Positions 1 to 8,518 of a stretch of 64,000 nt of DNA are shown here, in pieces; the first letter of the stretch is position 1, and every line of letters begins with the position of its first letter. The stretch is from Nitrospirota bacterium (lineage in GTDB: Bacteria; Nitrospirota; Thermodesulfovibrionia; UBA6902), in the NCBI GenBank assembly GCA_016215115.1, contig JACRLN010000037.1:30551-94550 (forward strand), given 5' to 3'. A program made the position numbers and the translations under genes. The notes beneath the pieces were generated by a model, which was given only the letters and a program-made list of their open reading frames with translations, searched no databases and had not been told where the DNA came from.

Positions 1-237
1 AAATTTTTCTCAACTTCATGTTAATATAACAATAGCGTATCAATAATATTTATCAGACTCTGTAGATTTAAAATCGAAATTTTCCAGCAGCCATGTTTCT
101 GTACCCAAACGGAAGAAAATGGCTTATTATGAATTCAAGTAAAAGCAACTTTGTTTAACTATGAGCAATGTTTTTGAGAACGTAGTGATTTGATATATGT
201 TTTAATGTTGACATATATTCTTTAAGGATTCAGAAAC

Positions 238-1860
238 ATGAAAAGAAATTTTATACTCGGCTTCGGCCTGATAGCTTTTATATTTATTGTGTCCGGTCTT
301 TTTATTTATAGTAACCTCTCCTCAATTGCCAAGAATCATACGATCACTCGCGACCATCAAGATATCATAAATTTGTATCTTGACATAGAGAACGAGGTAA
401 AGGATATACAGATCGAACTTCACGAGCGCTGGGTAGGGCACACTAAAGACAACGCTATCCTTGGGGTGTATGTGCTTAAAAGCGAAGACTTACTTTCCAG
501 GATAAGAAATACCTACGGCATCCACAAGCATGAGGCCATTTGCAATAATTGCCATCATGTTGCTCAAAAACTTAACGCTCCGGACAAGGATCTTGCACGT
601 CATCTCTCCAAACTCAAGGAGAAAATAAACCTGATCATGGCAAATAATGCAACGTCGACGTTCGCCCTTGAAAAGGAGACCGAAATAGAAGTATCGGGAA
701 TAGTAGATATTATTAACAGTTTGAGTCTGGAGACGCGCAGTATGCACGGAATGATGAATAAGTATATGGAGGCGTCAAATGCCAGTTCACGGCATTTAGT
801 CGTAATCGCCATTATCTCGAGTTTTATACTTTCGTTGATCATTATGACATTTACGATTAGGTCTATTATGAATCCGATCAACAGACTGATTGCAGAGATA
901 GAGAAGACATCCGACGGGGATTACACTTCAAAAGTGGATGTCGTTATGAATGATGAAATAAGCTCTATCGCAAGGTCTTTTAACGCCATGAAAGACAACC
1001 TCAAAGAATCGGACTCACAAAAAAAAGAGCTTATTGAGAAGCTGCAGGATTTTAACAACAAACTTGAAAAGAGAGTGCATGCGGCGACTGAGAAATTGAG
1101 AATAGCGCATGAAAATTTGGTGCGCACAGAAGGCCTCGCCATCGCAGGGACACTTGCGTCCGGTGTGGCCCACGAATTATCGAGTCCTCTTTCGACACTT
1201 ATGGGCTATAGTCAGTTGATAAATAACAAGGTGCCCGAAGAGTTCGGAGTAGCACCGTACTGTAATCTGATGGAAAAGGAAATTAAGAGATGCGAGCATA
1301 TCCTGAAAGGAATACTCGACTCTGTAAGGACTCCTAACGAGGAGAAGTCTCTGATCGATATCAATGCCATGATAATTGAGTCGGTACTTTTTATAAGTTT
1401 GCGGGCCGGTTGCAAGAATGTTTTTGTAAAAGATGATTTGGACCCCCAAATCCCTCATGTAATGGCAAATCCTATAGGACTCCGTCAGGTCTTACTGAAT
1501 ATTATTATCAATGCCATACAGGCAATGCCCGACGGTGGTGAACTCCGAATTTCAACGTCTTTTGCGGAAAAAGACAAGAAAGTTGTAGTGAGCATAAGCG
1601 ATACAGGCCACGGCATAGCCAAAAATGATATTGGCAAGATATTTAAAACTTTTTATACAACCAAAAAAACCGGGACGGGACTCGGCCTGTCGATAAGTTA
1701 TGGGATTATCAAGGAGCATGGCGGCGACATTACGATTAAGAGCGAGATTGGAAAGGGATCTACTTTTGAAATCTCTCTCCCCGTGTCGGTAGACTCGGCC
1801 GCGTCAGTTACAAGAGGAGACGCCGGTCTGACAAATAACACTCTGGAGCAACGCCTTTAA
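238..1860 (+). CDS. Sensor histidine kinase: TM - extracytoplasmic domain with a CXXCH motif - TM - HAMP - HisKA - HATPase_c
   Basis: 540-aa ORF; two hydrophobic helices (ILGFGLIAFIFIVSGLFIY; VVIAIISSFILSLIIMTF); H-box GVAHELSSPL; ATP-lid motifs DTGHGI and TGTGLGLSI; CNNCH encoded at 541-555. Confidence 0.9.
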   Translation: MKRNFILGFGLIAFIFIVSGLFIYSNLSSIAKNHTITRDHQDIINLYLDIENEVKDIQIELHERWVGHTKDNAILGVYVLKSEDLLSRIRNTYGIHKHEAICNNCHHVAQKLNAPDKDLARHLSKLKEKINLIMANNATSTFALEKETEIEVSGIVDIINSLSLETRSMHGMMNKYMEASNASSRHLVVIAIISSFILSLIIMTFTIRSIMNPINRLIAEIEKTSDGDYTSKVDVVMNDEISSIARSFNAMKDNLKESDSQKKELIEKLQDFNNKLEKRVHAATEKLRIAHENLVRTEGLAIAGTLASGVAHELSSPLSTLMGYSQLINNKVPEEFGVAPYCNLMEKEIKRCEHILKGILDSVRTPNEEKSLIDINAMIIESVLFISLRAGCKNVFVKDDLDPQIPHVMANPIGLRQVLLNIIINAIQAMPDGGELRISTSFAEKDKKVVVSISDTGHGIAKNDIGKIFKTFYTTKKTGTGLGLSISYGIIKEHGGDITIKSEIGKGSTFEISLPVSVDSAASVTRGDAGLTNNTLEQRL

Positions 1861-1872
1861 GGAGACAGGAAA

Positions 1873-3246
1873 TTGAAAGCTAAGTTATTGATTATTGATG
1901 ACGATGAGTCATTGTCCAGCTTCCTGGGAGAAATGTTTAAGGAAGATTACGATATTGCGAACTTCTCTGACCCATCGGTCGCGATACAGTATTTAAGGGA
2001 AAACCATGTAGATGTGGTCTTAACTGATATGATTATGCCTAAAATAAGCGGTATGGAGATACTGCAGATCGTCAAGTCAGAGTCTTTTGATGTGGATGTG
2101 ATAGTTATGACCGCATTTTCAAATGTCGAAAACGCAGTTGAAATGATGAAGAAGGGCGCTGTTGATTATATAGTCAAGCCTTTCAAGCCCGATGAACTCT
2201 CTTTGCGGCTCAAGAATATCTTCTCTAAGAGGAAACTTATTGAAGATAATGTCTTCTTGCACAAGGTCGTCGATACCTTGTACCGACCCGAGAACATGAT
2301 CGGCGAAAGCGCATCTATGAGAGAGGTCTACCGTCTGATCGAAGTCTTTTCTCAGAATGACCTCCCGGTGCTTATTACGGGTGAAACCGGAGTAGGCAAA
2401 GAGCTTACAGCAAAGGCTTTGCATTTTTCAGGCAAGAGAAAAGGGAAGAGGTTCGTCTCAATCAATTGTTCAGCCATACCCGATAATCTTCTTGAGTCCG
2501 AACTTTTCGGACATATGAAGGGGTCATTCTCGGGCGCGGGGGCCAATAAGAAGGGGCTTTTCGAACTTGCAGAAGGAGGCACTATATTTCTCGACGAAAT
2601 AGGAGACCTGCCGTTATCTTTACAGCCGAAGCTCCTGAGAACGCTACAGGAGAGAGAGGTAAGACCGCTCGGAGGCACCCACGATATCATCGTTGATGTG
2701 AGAGTGATCTGTGCGACAAACAAAGACCTTATGAAGATGATACAGGAGAAAGAATTCAGAATAGACTTATATTACAGGATCAATGCTGCCTCAATCCATC
2801 TTTCGCCTCTGAGGGAACGCAAGGAGGATATCGCTCTTTATGTCAGCCATTTTTTTGCAGGGAAGAAAAAGGTCCATCCTAAGGCTCTCAGGTTGCTTTA
2901 CCAATACCCCTGGCCGGGCAATGTCAGGGAACTGAAGCACGTAGTTGAACGACTGATGATCTTGACAGACGGGAAAGTCATAACACCTTTCGATATCCCG
3001 CCTTTATTAATCAAGCATCCCCCCAGCTTTGATTGCGAGCAGTCATATACTGACTCCAAGAGGAAGCTTGTGGATGAGTTTGACCTTAAGATCATCACAG
3101 GGGCGTTACTGAAATGTTACGGCAATGTCACAAAAGCAGCTAAGGAAGTCGGCCTTGACAGGCGGAATTTCCAAAAACTAATGAGGAAATGCAAAATTAC
3201 TCACGATTCGTTTATAGAAAACCGCAAATCTGATGCCTCTAACTGA
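1873..3246 (+). CDS. Sigma-54-dependent response regulator (NtrC family: REC - AAA+ - Fis-type HTH)
   Basis: 457-aa ORF with TTG start 12 nt after the kinase stop; REC (LLIIDDD...DVVLTDMIMP); Walker A GETGVGKE; ESELFGH followed by the GAFTGA-variant GSFSGA; C-terminal HTH (GNVTKAAKEVGLDRRNFQKLMRK). Confidence 0.9.
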   Translation: MKAKLLIIDDDESLSSFLGEMFKEDYDIANFSDPSVAIQYLRENHVDVVLTDMIMPKISGMEILQIVKSESFDVDVIVMTAFSNVENAVEMMKKGAVDYIVKPFKPDELSLRLKNIFSKRKLIEDNVFLHKVVDTLYRPENMIGESASMREVYRLIEVFSQNDLPVLITGETGVGKELTAKALHFSGKRKGKRFVSINCSAIPDNLLESELFGHMKGSFSGAGANKKGLFELAEGGTIFLDEIGDLPLSLQPKLLRTLQEREVRPLGGTHDIIVDVRVICATNKDLMKMIQEKEFRIDLYYRINAASIHLSPLRERKEDIALYVSHFFAGKKKVHPKALRLLYQYPWPGNVRELKHVVERLMILTDGKVITPFDIPPLLIKHPPSFDCEQSYTDSKRKLVDEFDLKIITGALLKCYGNVTKAAKEVGLDRRNFQKLMRKCKITHDSFIENRKSDASN

Positions 3247-3316
3247 TGTAATCGTGTCCGGTGATTCCCCTCGCAGATTTATCCAAGCTTCAGCTTTTGC
3301 GACTATAGAAGTCCCT

Positions 3317-5140
3317 TTATCCGCTTGTATAAACCACTGCAATAAGATAAACCTTGACTCTCTGTCCATTAACGTCAATTGTCTCTGTGACGGCATCCCA
3401 GTCAACGTCCTCTATTGCCTTCCCAAGGGTATAAGAGTGGAGTAAATCATCCCCCTGCTTCTGGCCGTAGCCGGGCACTGATGAGGTGGTGATATAGTCC
3501 CCGGCATTAATATTGCCGTTTATATTTGTGACCCATACCCTTCCTTCGCCGAGGGCATTTATTATCCCGAACCTTTCCCCTTCTTTCTTCACGTACCAGT
3601 GCTTCTCAGGAAGAGTGGCTTCTTTTACAAAGGCGCCGAAGACCGCTTTGTCATTCGGATTGTCTGACAGCCTTACCGATGGAAGGGTTGAGGAGATAGA
3701 TATATCTTCCTTGTCATTTCTTCTTATCTTCGCATCGCCGGTAACTGACACTATCATCCCGGGCTTTATGCTGACTGGAAATTCAGGCGATAAAATTACC
3801 TCGTGGGCGCCTGTAAAAGGCCCATAATTTGTGCCGTCGCCTGAGGCATAAAAATCGTAGGTTATACCTTTACCCTCAACTCCTATTCCACTTAAACTAT
3901 TAAACACTCCAGCGGACGACACATCCGCAACTACCTCCAGTTTGGCGGCAGGAGTTGTAGTACCGATGCCGACATTGCCGGAAACATAATTGTCTCCTTC
4001 AAAATATCCGGCCCAGAACTTATAACTGCTGTCAGCGTAACCCAACATTCCTCGATATGATCCGTCTTGCTTTGCTCCTACCACTGCAGCACTGTCTGCA
4101 AAATCTAAATAATTATACCCTGCTACACCAGCGCTAAATTGATTCCCATAAAAACTGTATCCCTTGACAGCGGCATCTACCCCGTCTACACTCCAATCAG
4201 TCCCACCACCCCCTGTTGGAGCATTAGACCCGTCGCGGTATCCATAAATAGTGGATTTCCCGGGACCTATGTCGCCAAATGCCCTACTAACTTGAAATTT
4301 AGCTACCGGGGCCCCTCCCCCAATGCTAACATAAGTGCCATTATCAAAAATCAATCCTGTTACAAGCGCTGAGCCATCCCATCTGGGAACATAACTGGCA
4401 GTATTAGCCCCGACCGGCGAGTTAGATGTGCAAATAACTACTGAGCCGTTAGATGTGCACCATTTACCGTTTGTAAGTGTGCCTACCTGAGGGTCTGTTT
4501 CGCTTGTGACAGGCGCGTTAGATGTGCAATTAACTGCTGTGCCGTCGGATGTGCACCATTTACCGTTTGTAAGTGTGCCTACCTGAGGGTCTGTCTCTGA
4601 TGTAATCCCATCGTCAGTCTCACAAATCACAGTGCCGTCGGAATTAATAGTTCTTATGCTGCTCCCTGCAGCGCAGGTCCCAGATACCCTCTGTTGAATT
4701 ATTGTCGTGTTAACACTTAATGTCACATCACCGCTTGTCCCGCCTCCACTTAACCCTGTGCCTGCCGTCACACCTGTAATGTCTCCCATTACAGGACCGA
4801 GTATGGAGCCGTCTACCGTGAGATTGCCTGTCACCCTCGCATTGCCCTGAAAAAATCCGGCCCATCCGGCTGAGCTATTGCCATACACTCCATAAGTGTC
4901 ATAACCCAATATGCCGTAATTGTTGTTCGTAGTATTAATTCCATATACACCGAAAGCGCCAGTGCCATTAGCCGACCCCACTACGCCGCTCCTTCCAGAT
5001 GGCCCGGTTACCTCAAAATGTGCGTTTGTGTTTATGACTCCTGTTGATGTATTGCCGCTGCTGTCAATAGACACGTCATCGCCAAAACCATTTGAGACTA
5101 ACATCAGAAATACCCCCATAATGATAACGAGTTTTTTCAT
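3317..5140 (-). CDS. Secreted Gly/Ser/Thr-rich repeat protein (adhesin or tail-fibre-like) with two 32-aa Cys-containing tandem modules
   Basis: 607-aa ORF; signal peptide MKKLVIIMGVFLMLVSNGFG; strong SD GGAGGAG upstream; repeated GVYG/GxxG motifs; duplicated TSETDPQVGTLTNGKWCTS.G..V.CTSN module. Confidence 0.6.
   Translation of the reverse strand: MKKLVIIMGVFLMLVSNGFGDDVSIDSSGNTSTGVINTNAHFEVTGPSGRSGVVGSANGTGAFGVYGINTTNNNYGILGYDTYGVYGNSSAGWAGFFQGNARVTGNLTVDGSILGPVMGDITGVTAGTGLSGGGTSGDVTLSVNTTIIQQRVSGTCAAGSSIRTINSDGTVICETDDGITSETDPQVGTLTNGKWCTSDGTAVNCTSNAPVTSETDPQVGTLTNGKWCTSNGSVVICTSNSPVGANTASYVPRWDGSALVTGLIFDNGTYVSIGGGAPVAKFQVSRAFGDIGPGKSTIYGYRDGSNAPTGGGGTDWSVDGVDAAVKGYSFYGNQFSAGVAGYNYLDFADSAAVVGAKQDGSYRGMLGYADSSYKFWAGYFEGDNYVSGNVGIGTTTPAAKLEVVADVSSAGVFNSLSGIGVEGKGITYDFYASGDGTNYGPFTGAHEVILSPEFPVSIKPGMIVSVTGDAKIRRNDKEDISISSTLPSVRLSDNPNDKAVFGAFVKEATLPEKHWYVKKEGERFGIINALGEGRVWVTNINGNINAGDYITTSSVPGYGQKQGDDLLHSYTLGKAIEDVDWDAVTETIDVNGQRVKVYLIAVVYTSG
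4421..4612. repeat. Tandem duplication, 2 x 96 bp, inside the secreted repeat protein gene
   Basis: Units 4421-4516 and 4517-4612 align with few mismatches. The core gatgtgcaccatttaccgtttgtaagtgtgcctacctgagggtctgt is identical at 4452-4498 and 4548-4594. Confidence 0.9.
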
Positions 5141-5275
5141 GATGCGCTCCTCCGTCGAAAATATATATAGGGAGCCGCCTCAACATGCAAGTAATTATTA
5201 TGATGATTAAGATGATTAAGAAGGTTGGTATCGAACAATGCTGAGTAACCTCTTTTTTTATTTATGAATTTGATA

Positions 5276-5292
5276 TTGCAAGGATCATGCCA
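5276..5292 (-). promoter_or_regulatory. Sigma-54 (-24/-12) promoter for the 3317-5140 gene
   Basis: The minus strand reads TGGCATGATCCTTGCAA, which matches TGGCAC-N5-TTGCA with exact GG-N10-GC spacing. It lies about 135 nt upstream of the ATG at 5140. An NtrC-type activator is encoded 2 kb away. Confidence 0.7.
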
Positions 5293-5655
5293 GAATATGG
5301 CAAGCATTCTATGGAGGTTGCCGCGTAAATCCGGAATGTTATGTAGCAGTGGTCTGCAGCAGCTAACTACTTGTTTCTTAAAAGCTTGCTTAATTGTCAT
5401 TCCAATGGAAAAGAACTTTTGCAACCAATTATAACGTCCATGATATATACTCGTTTTTTTCGAAACTGGTTAAAACCCTAATTGTTCTGCGGCTATTCTA
5501 ATGCAGCATGTAAAGTCGATAGTTATATTTATTTATCAGAGTGTTATAATATTTAAAGCGATGTGTTGGACGGGCTTTCTTGGTCAATTCACCAAATTTA
5601 AATCAAAGCAGTAGCGATAAATTACCTATTAACACCACGTTCCTGTCATCATTGA

Positions 5656-5771
5656 CCCGTAGTAACCCGTTAGTTACGGGTGGATTGAATGATACCCCTC
5701 TTTGAAAAAGAGGGGTTAGGGGAGATTTTCTAATCCCTTACCTAATGATACCCCGTCCGCTTGCGGCGGGG
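5656..5771. repeat. MITE-like repeat, family C (CCCCTCTTTGAAAAAGAGGGG hairpin type), copy C1
   Basis: Contains hairpins cccgtagtaac/gttagttacggg, cccctctttgaaaaagagggg and ccccgtccgcttgcggcgggg. Shares ttaggggagatttt and tcattcaatcc blocks with copies at 38288-38408 and 61442-61588, in the opposite orientation. Confidence 0.7.
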
Positions 5772-5875
5772 AGTCTTTATTTCTACCTGCGGATTACTGT
5801 GGAAGACTTCTCTTCACGGAATTGACGCATTCCAGAGAATTTAAAGTGAACAAGAAACTGTACTTATTGAAAAGA

Positions 5876-5946
5876 CTGGATTCCCGTTTTCACGGGAATG
5901 ACGACTTTTTAGCCGCACAGTAATTTATGGACAGACACTAATTAAC
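5876..5946. repeat. MITE-like repeat, family A (GTCATKCCCG..CGGGMATCCAG / CTGGATTCCCG..CGGGAATGAC double hairpin), partial copy A1
   Basis: ctggattcccgttttcacgggaatgac followed by the terminal block tttatggacagacactaattaa, also seen at 32185-32204 and 24505-24525. Confidence 0.7.
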
Positions 5947-6061
5947 TATCTGACCAAATAAACATGAGATAAGGCGACTATAAGATCAGGGTATATACAA
6001 ACTTTTTTTAGATTAAGTAAAATAATAAACCTTGCAAGAATAAAGTTAACACAAAAATACA

Positions 6062-6784
6062 ATGAATAAGATTGCATTAATTATTGGTGGAAGCCGGGGA
6101 ATAGGGCGTTCAATAGCCTTACGGTTAGCTCAGGCAAAATTTAATATCTGGTTAACATATAAAAGTAACCATGAGGCTGCAAAAAAAGTAAAATCAGAGA
6201 TAGAATCTCTTGGAACGGCGTGCGATTTAATCCCTTTTGACGTCTCGGATTTTAAAGAAACAGAAACCGCGCTGTCACCGAGGCTGGAGGATACGGCCCC
6301 TGATGTGCTGGTCTACAATTCAGGAATAACTCGTGACAACCTAATGGTATGGATGACAAAAGAAGAGTGGGACTCGGTCCTCTCCACAAACCTTGACGGG
6401 TTTTACAATGTGACCCGCACGGTATTGTTTTCGATGTTAAGGGCCAAAAGGGGGCGCATTATAATTATTTCGTCAGCCTCGGGCCAGATAGGTCAGGCGG
6501 GTCAGGTAAATTACTCTGCTTCCAAGGCAGGCCTGATCGGCGCTGCCAGGGCCTTAGCACGGGAAGTGGGGAGGAAAAATATTCTTGTCAACGTTGTTGC
6601 GCCGGGTTTTATAGAAACTGAAATGACCGAGAAGTTCCCGAAAAAGGATATCCTGCCATTAATTCCATTTAACCGTCTCGGCAGTCCCGATGATGTAGCG
6701 TCAGTAGTCAGCTTTCTGTGCACTGAAGAACATATGTACATTCACGGACAGGTTATCGGAGTTAACGGCGGACTTGTGATGTAG
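6062..6784 (+). CDS. fabG: 3-oxoacyl-ACP reductase (SDR; ApeQ/FabG-like ketoreductase)
   Basis: 240 aa; cofactor loop GGSRGIGRS; NSGITRD; catalytic S...YSASK; typical FabG C-terminus GQVIGVNGG. Confidence 0.9.
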   Translation: MNKIALIIGGSRGIGRSIALRLAQAKFNIWLTYKSNHEAAKKVKSEIESLGTACDLIPFDVSDFKETETALSPRLEDTAPDVLVYNSGITRDNLMVWMTKEEWDSVLSTNLDGFYNVTRTVLFSMLRAKRGRIIIISSASGQIGQAGQVNYSASKAGLIGAARALAREVGRKNILVNVVAPGFIETEMTEKFPKKDILPLIPFNRLGSPDDVASVVSFLCTEEHMYIHGQVIGVNGGLVM

Positions 6785-6800
6785 TTTCTTAATCATGTTT

Positions 6801-6998
6801 TTAACCACAGAGCACACAGAGGAAAATTAAGCAGCCGCAGAAATTAGTCGTCATGCCCGAAGTTCTTAATCGGGCATCCAGTTCTTTAACTGTCTGGATT
6901 CCCGCTTACTGACTGCCAACAGTAGGTGCTTTAGGCACGGGAATGACAACTAATGTGGCTTTATTTATGAAGTCCTTAGCAATCTGTGAAATCTGTGG
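6801..6998. repeat. MITE-like repeat, family B (CCACAGAG-type termini), copy B1, with a family A copy (A2, 6849-6970) nested inside
   Basis: Left end ttaaccacagagcacacagagg; right end atctgtgaaatctgtgg. The interior 6849-6947 is a complete double-hairpin family A element. Confidence 0.6.
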
Positions 6999-7012
6999 AT
7001 GAAAAGGTTCAA

Positions 7013-8518
7013 ATGAAAAAATACGATGACATTGTTGTTGGAAGCGGTATCAGCGGTTTGACAATGGCCCTCATTCTGGGAATGAACGGCCGGAAGGTAT
7101 TACTGCTCGAAAAAAGCCCCCGGATAGGCGGATCTGTATCAAGGTTTTATAAAAGGGGTATCCCTTTTGATACCGGCTTCCATTTTACAGGGGGGCTTGA
7201 TCGGAGCGGCATTCTGCATGACATATTATTAGTTCTCGGGATACGGGATTTAATCCAGCCGATATTCCTTTCTGAAGACAAGGCCCATTGCTTTTTCTTT
7301 GAATCGGAAAACAGGCTCTATGAAATCCCCTATGGAATTGAAAATATTAAAAAGAAATTTAAAGGTTATTTCCCGGGGGAAGGATCAAGCATTGACAGAT
7401 ATTTTGACAAAGTCCGGCAGGTCTGCGCTCACACGCCGTCAATGAACCTGCGTGCACTCGATTCTTCTCTTCAACTGCATCTGGAGGAAGACTTTTTGAG
7501 CCTGGAAGATGTATTAAACGGATTAACCGGCAATAACGTATTAAAAGCGCTGCTGTCCGGTTTTGCGATGTGCTACGGTGTAATGCCGAAGGAGATTTCT
7601 TTTGCCAATCACAGCAGGATGTGCCTTAATCTTTACGAATCGGTTGCACGCATTAAAGACGGCGGCGATGCTTTAATAAGGGCGTATGAGACAAAATTCA
7701 AGAACTTCGATATTGAAATACAATGCAATAAATATATTGCAAATCTTGAGGACATTCAGAACAAAAGGGTCGGCAGATTTATATTGAATACGGGTGAAGA
7801 AATTTCGGCTGTAAACTGCATATTCACGATACATCCCAGGGAAATTTTAAAAATCCTGCCTGAGCAGCACCTGAGCAAAGCCTTTATATCCCGGGTTTCA
7901 TCGTTTGAATCTTCAGCGGGATTTTTCTCTGTTTTTGCGGTGTTGGATAAAAAATATAATGACTCTGACTTCGATTCAACGATAGTCTCAATTTTTCCGC
8001 ACACTGACGTAAACCTGCTGTTAGACCCGGCAAACACAGGGGCGTCAGCTTTGGTAATTATGAAATCAATTGAGGAAGAGAGAGGAAAAACCTATAGGAC
8101 CATCAATACGTTTGAGCCGTCTTTTTTCGAGCATGTTGAAGCATGGAAGGATACAAAAACAGGCCATAGACCGCAATCTTACATGGATTACAAAAAAGAG
8201 AGGGTCGAAAAGATAATAGGACGCATTGTTAATACATTTCCGAAATATAAAGACCGGATAAAGGCCGTTGATTCTGCGTCTGTGCTTACATTCAGGGATT
8301 ATCTGAATAGTCCCGACGGCTCTGCATATGGAGTGAAACAGAAAATAAGTCAGTTTAACCTTCTCGGGAAGCTGCCCCTGCGCAACTTACATGCTGCGGG
8401 GCAGAGCTCCGTTTTACCGGGGATAATCGGCGCGATGATGTCTTCGTTCATTGTTGGACGGACAATTTTAGAAAAAGAAAAGTATAATAAATTTTTAAAC
8501 CAGAACCTATGCAATTAA
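7013..8518 (+). CDS. FAD/NAD(P)-dependent oxidoreductase, phytoene desaturase (CrtI)-like family
   Basis: Rossmann motif DIVVGSGISGLTMALILGMNGRKVLLLEK near the N-terminus; ~500 aa. The ATG at 7013 is preferred over the GTG at 6986, which lies inside the repeat terminus. Confidence 0.75.
   Translation: MKKYDDIVVGSGISGLTMALILGMNGRKVLLLEKSPRIGGSVSRFYKRGIPFDTGFHFTGGLDRSGILHDILLVLGIRDLIQPIFLSEDKAHCFFFESENRLYEIPYGIENIKKKFKGYFPGEGSSIDRYFDKVRQVCAHTPSMNLRALDSSLQLHLEEDFLSLEDVLNGLTGNNVLKALLSGFAMCYGVMPKEISFANHSRMCLNLYESVARIKDGGDALIRAYETKFKNFDIEIQCNKYIANLEDIQNKRVGRFILNTGEEISAVNCIFTIHPREILKILPEQHLSKAFISRVSSFESSAGFFSVFAVLDKKYNDSDFDSTIVSIFPHTDVNLLLDPANTGASALVIMKSIEEERGKTYRTINTFEPSFFEHVEAWKDTKTGHRPQSYMDYKKERVEKIIGRIVNTFPKYKDRIKAVDSASVLTFRDYLNSPDGSAYGVKQKISQFNLLGKLPLRNLHAAGQSSVLPGIIGAMMSSFIVGRTILEKEKYNKFLNQNLCN

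Noticed and set aside
190-219. TTGATA-N18-TATATT as the kinase promoter
   Set aside because: A transcript starting after this -10 element would begin at or inside the only SD-like sequence (taaggatt) before the ATG at 238. The AT-rich context also makes chance matches likely.
3317-5140. Tail-fibre-like repeat protein as evidence of a prophage
   Set aside because: No other phage genes (capsid, terminase, integrase, baseplate) are anywhere nearby. The protein has a Sec signal peptide and its own sigma-54 promoter, so it is more likely a cellular surface protein.
5137-5424. 95-aa minus-strand ORF upstream of the secreted protein gene
   Set aside because: It spans the sigma-54 promoter and the 5' leader, has no SD and no recognisable motif, and overlaps the start of the real gene. 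It is most likely non-coding leader sequence.
5141-6061. Cobalamin riboswitch or other structured leader ahead of the B12-enzyme-rich cluster
   Set aside because: I found no B12-box-like core (GCCACTG context) or other riboswitch signature by eye. The structured parts are explained by repeat copies C1 and A1. A covariance-model scan (Rfam) would be needed to exclude it formally.
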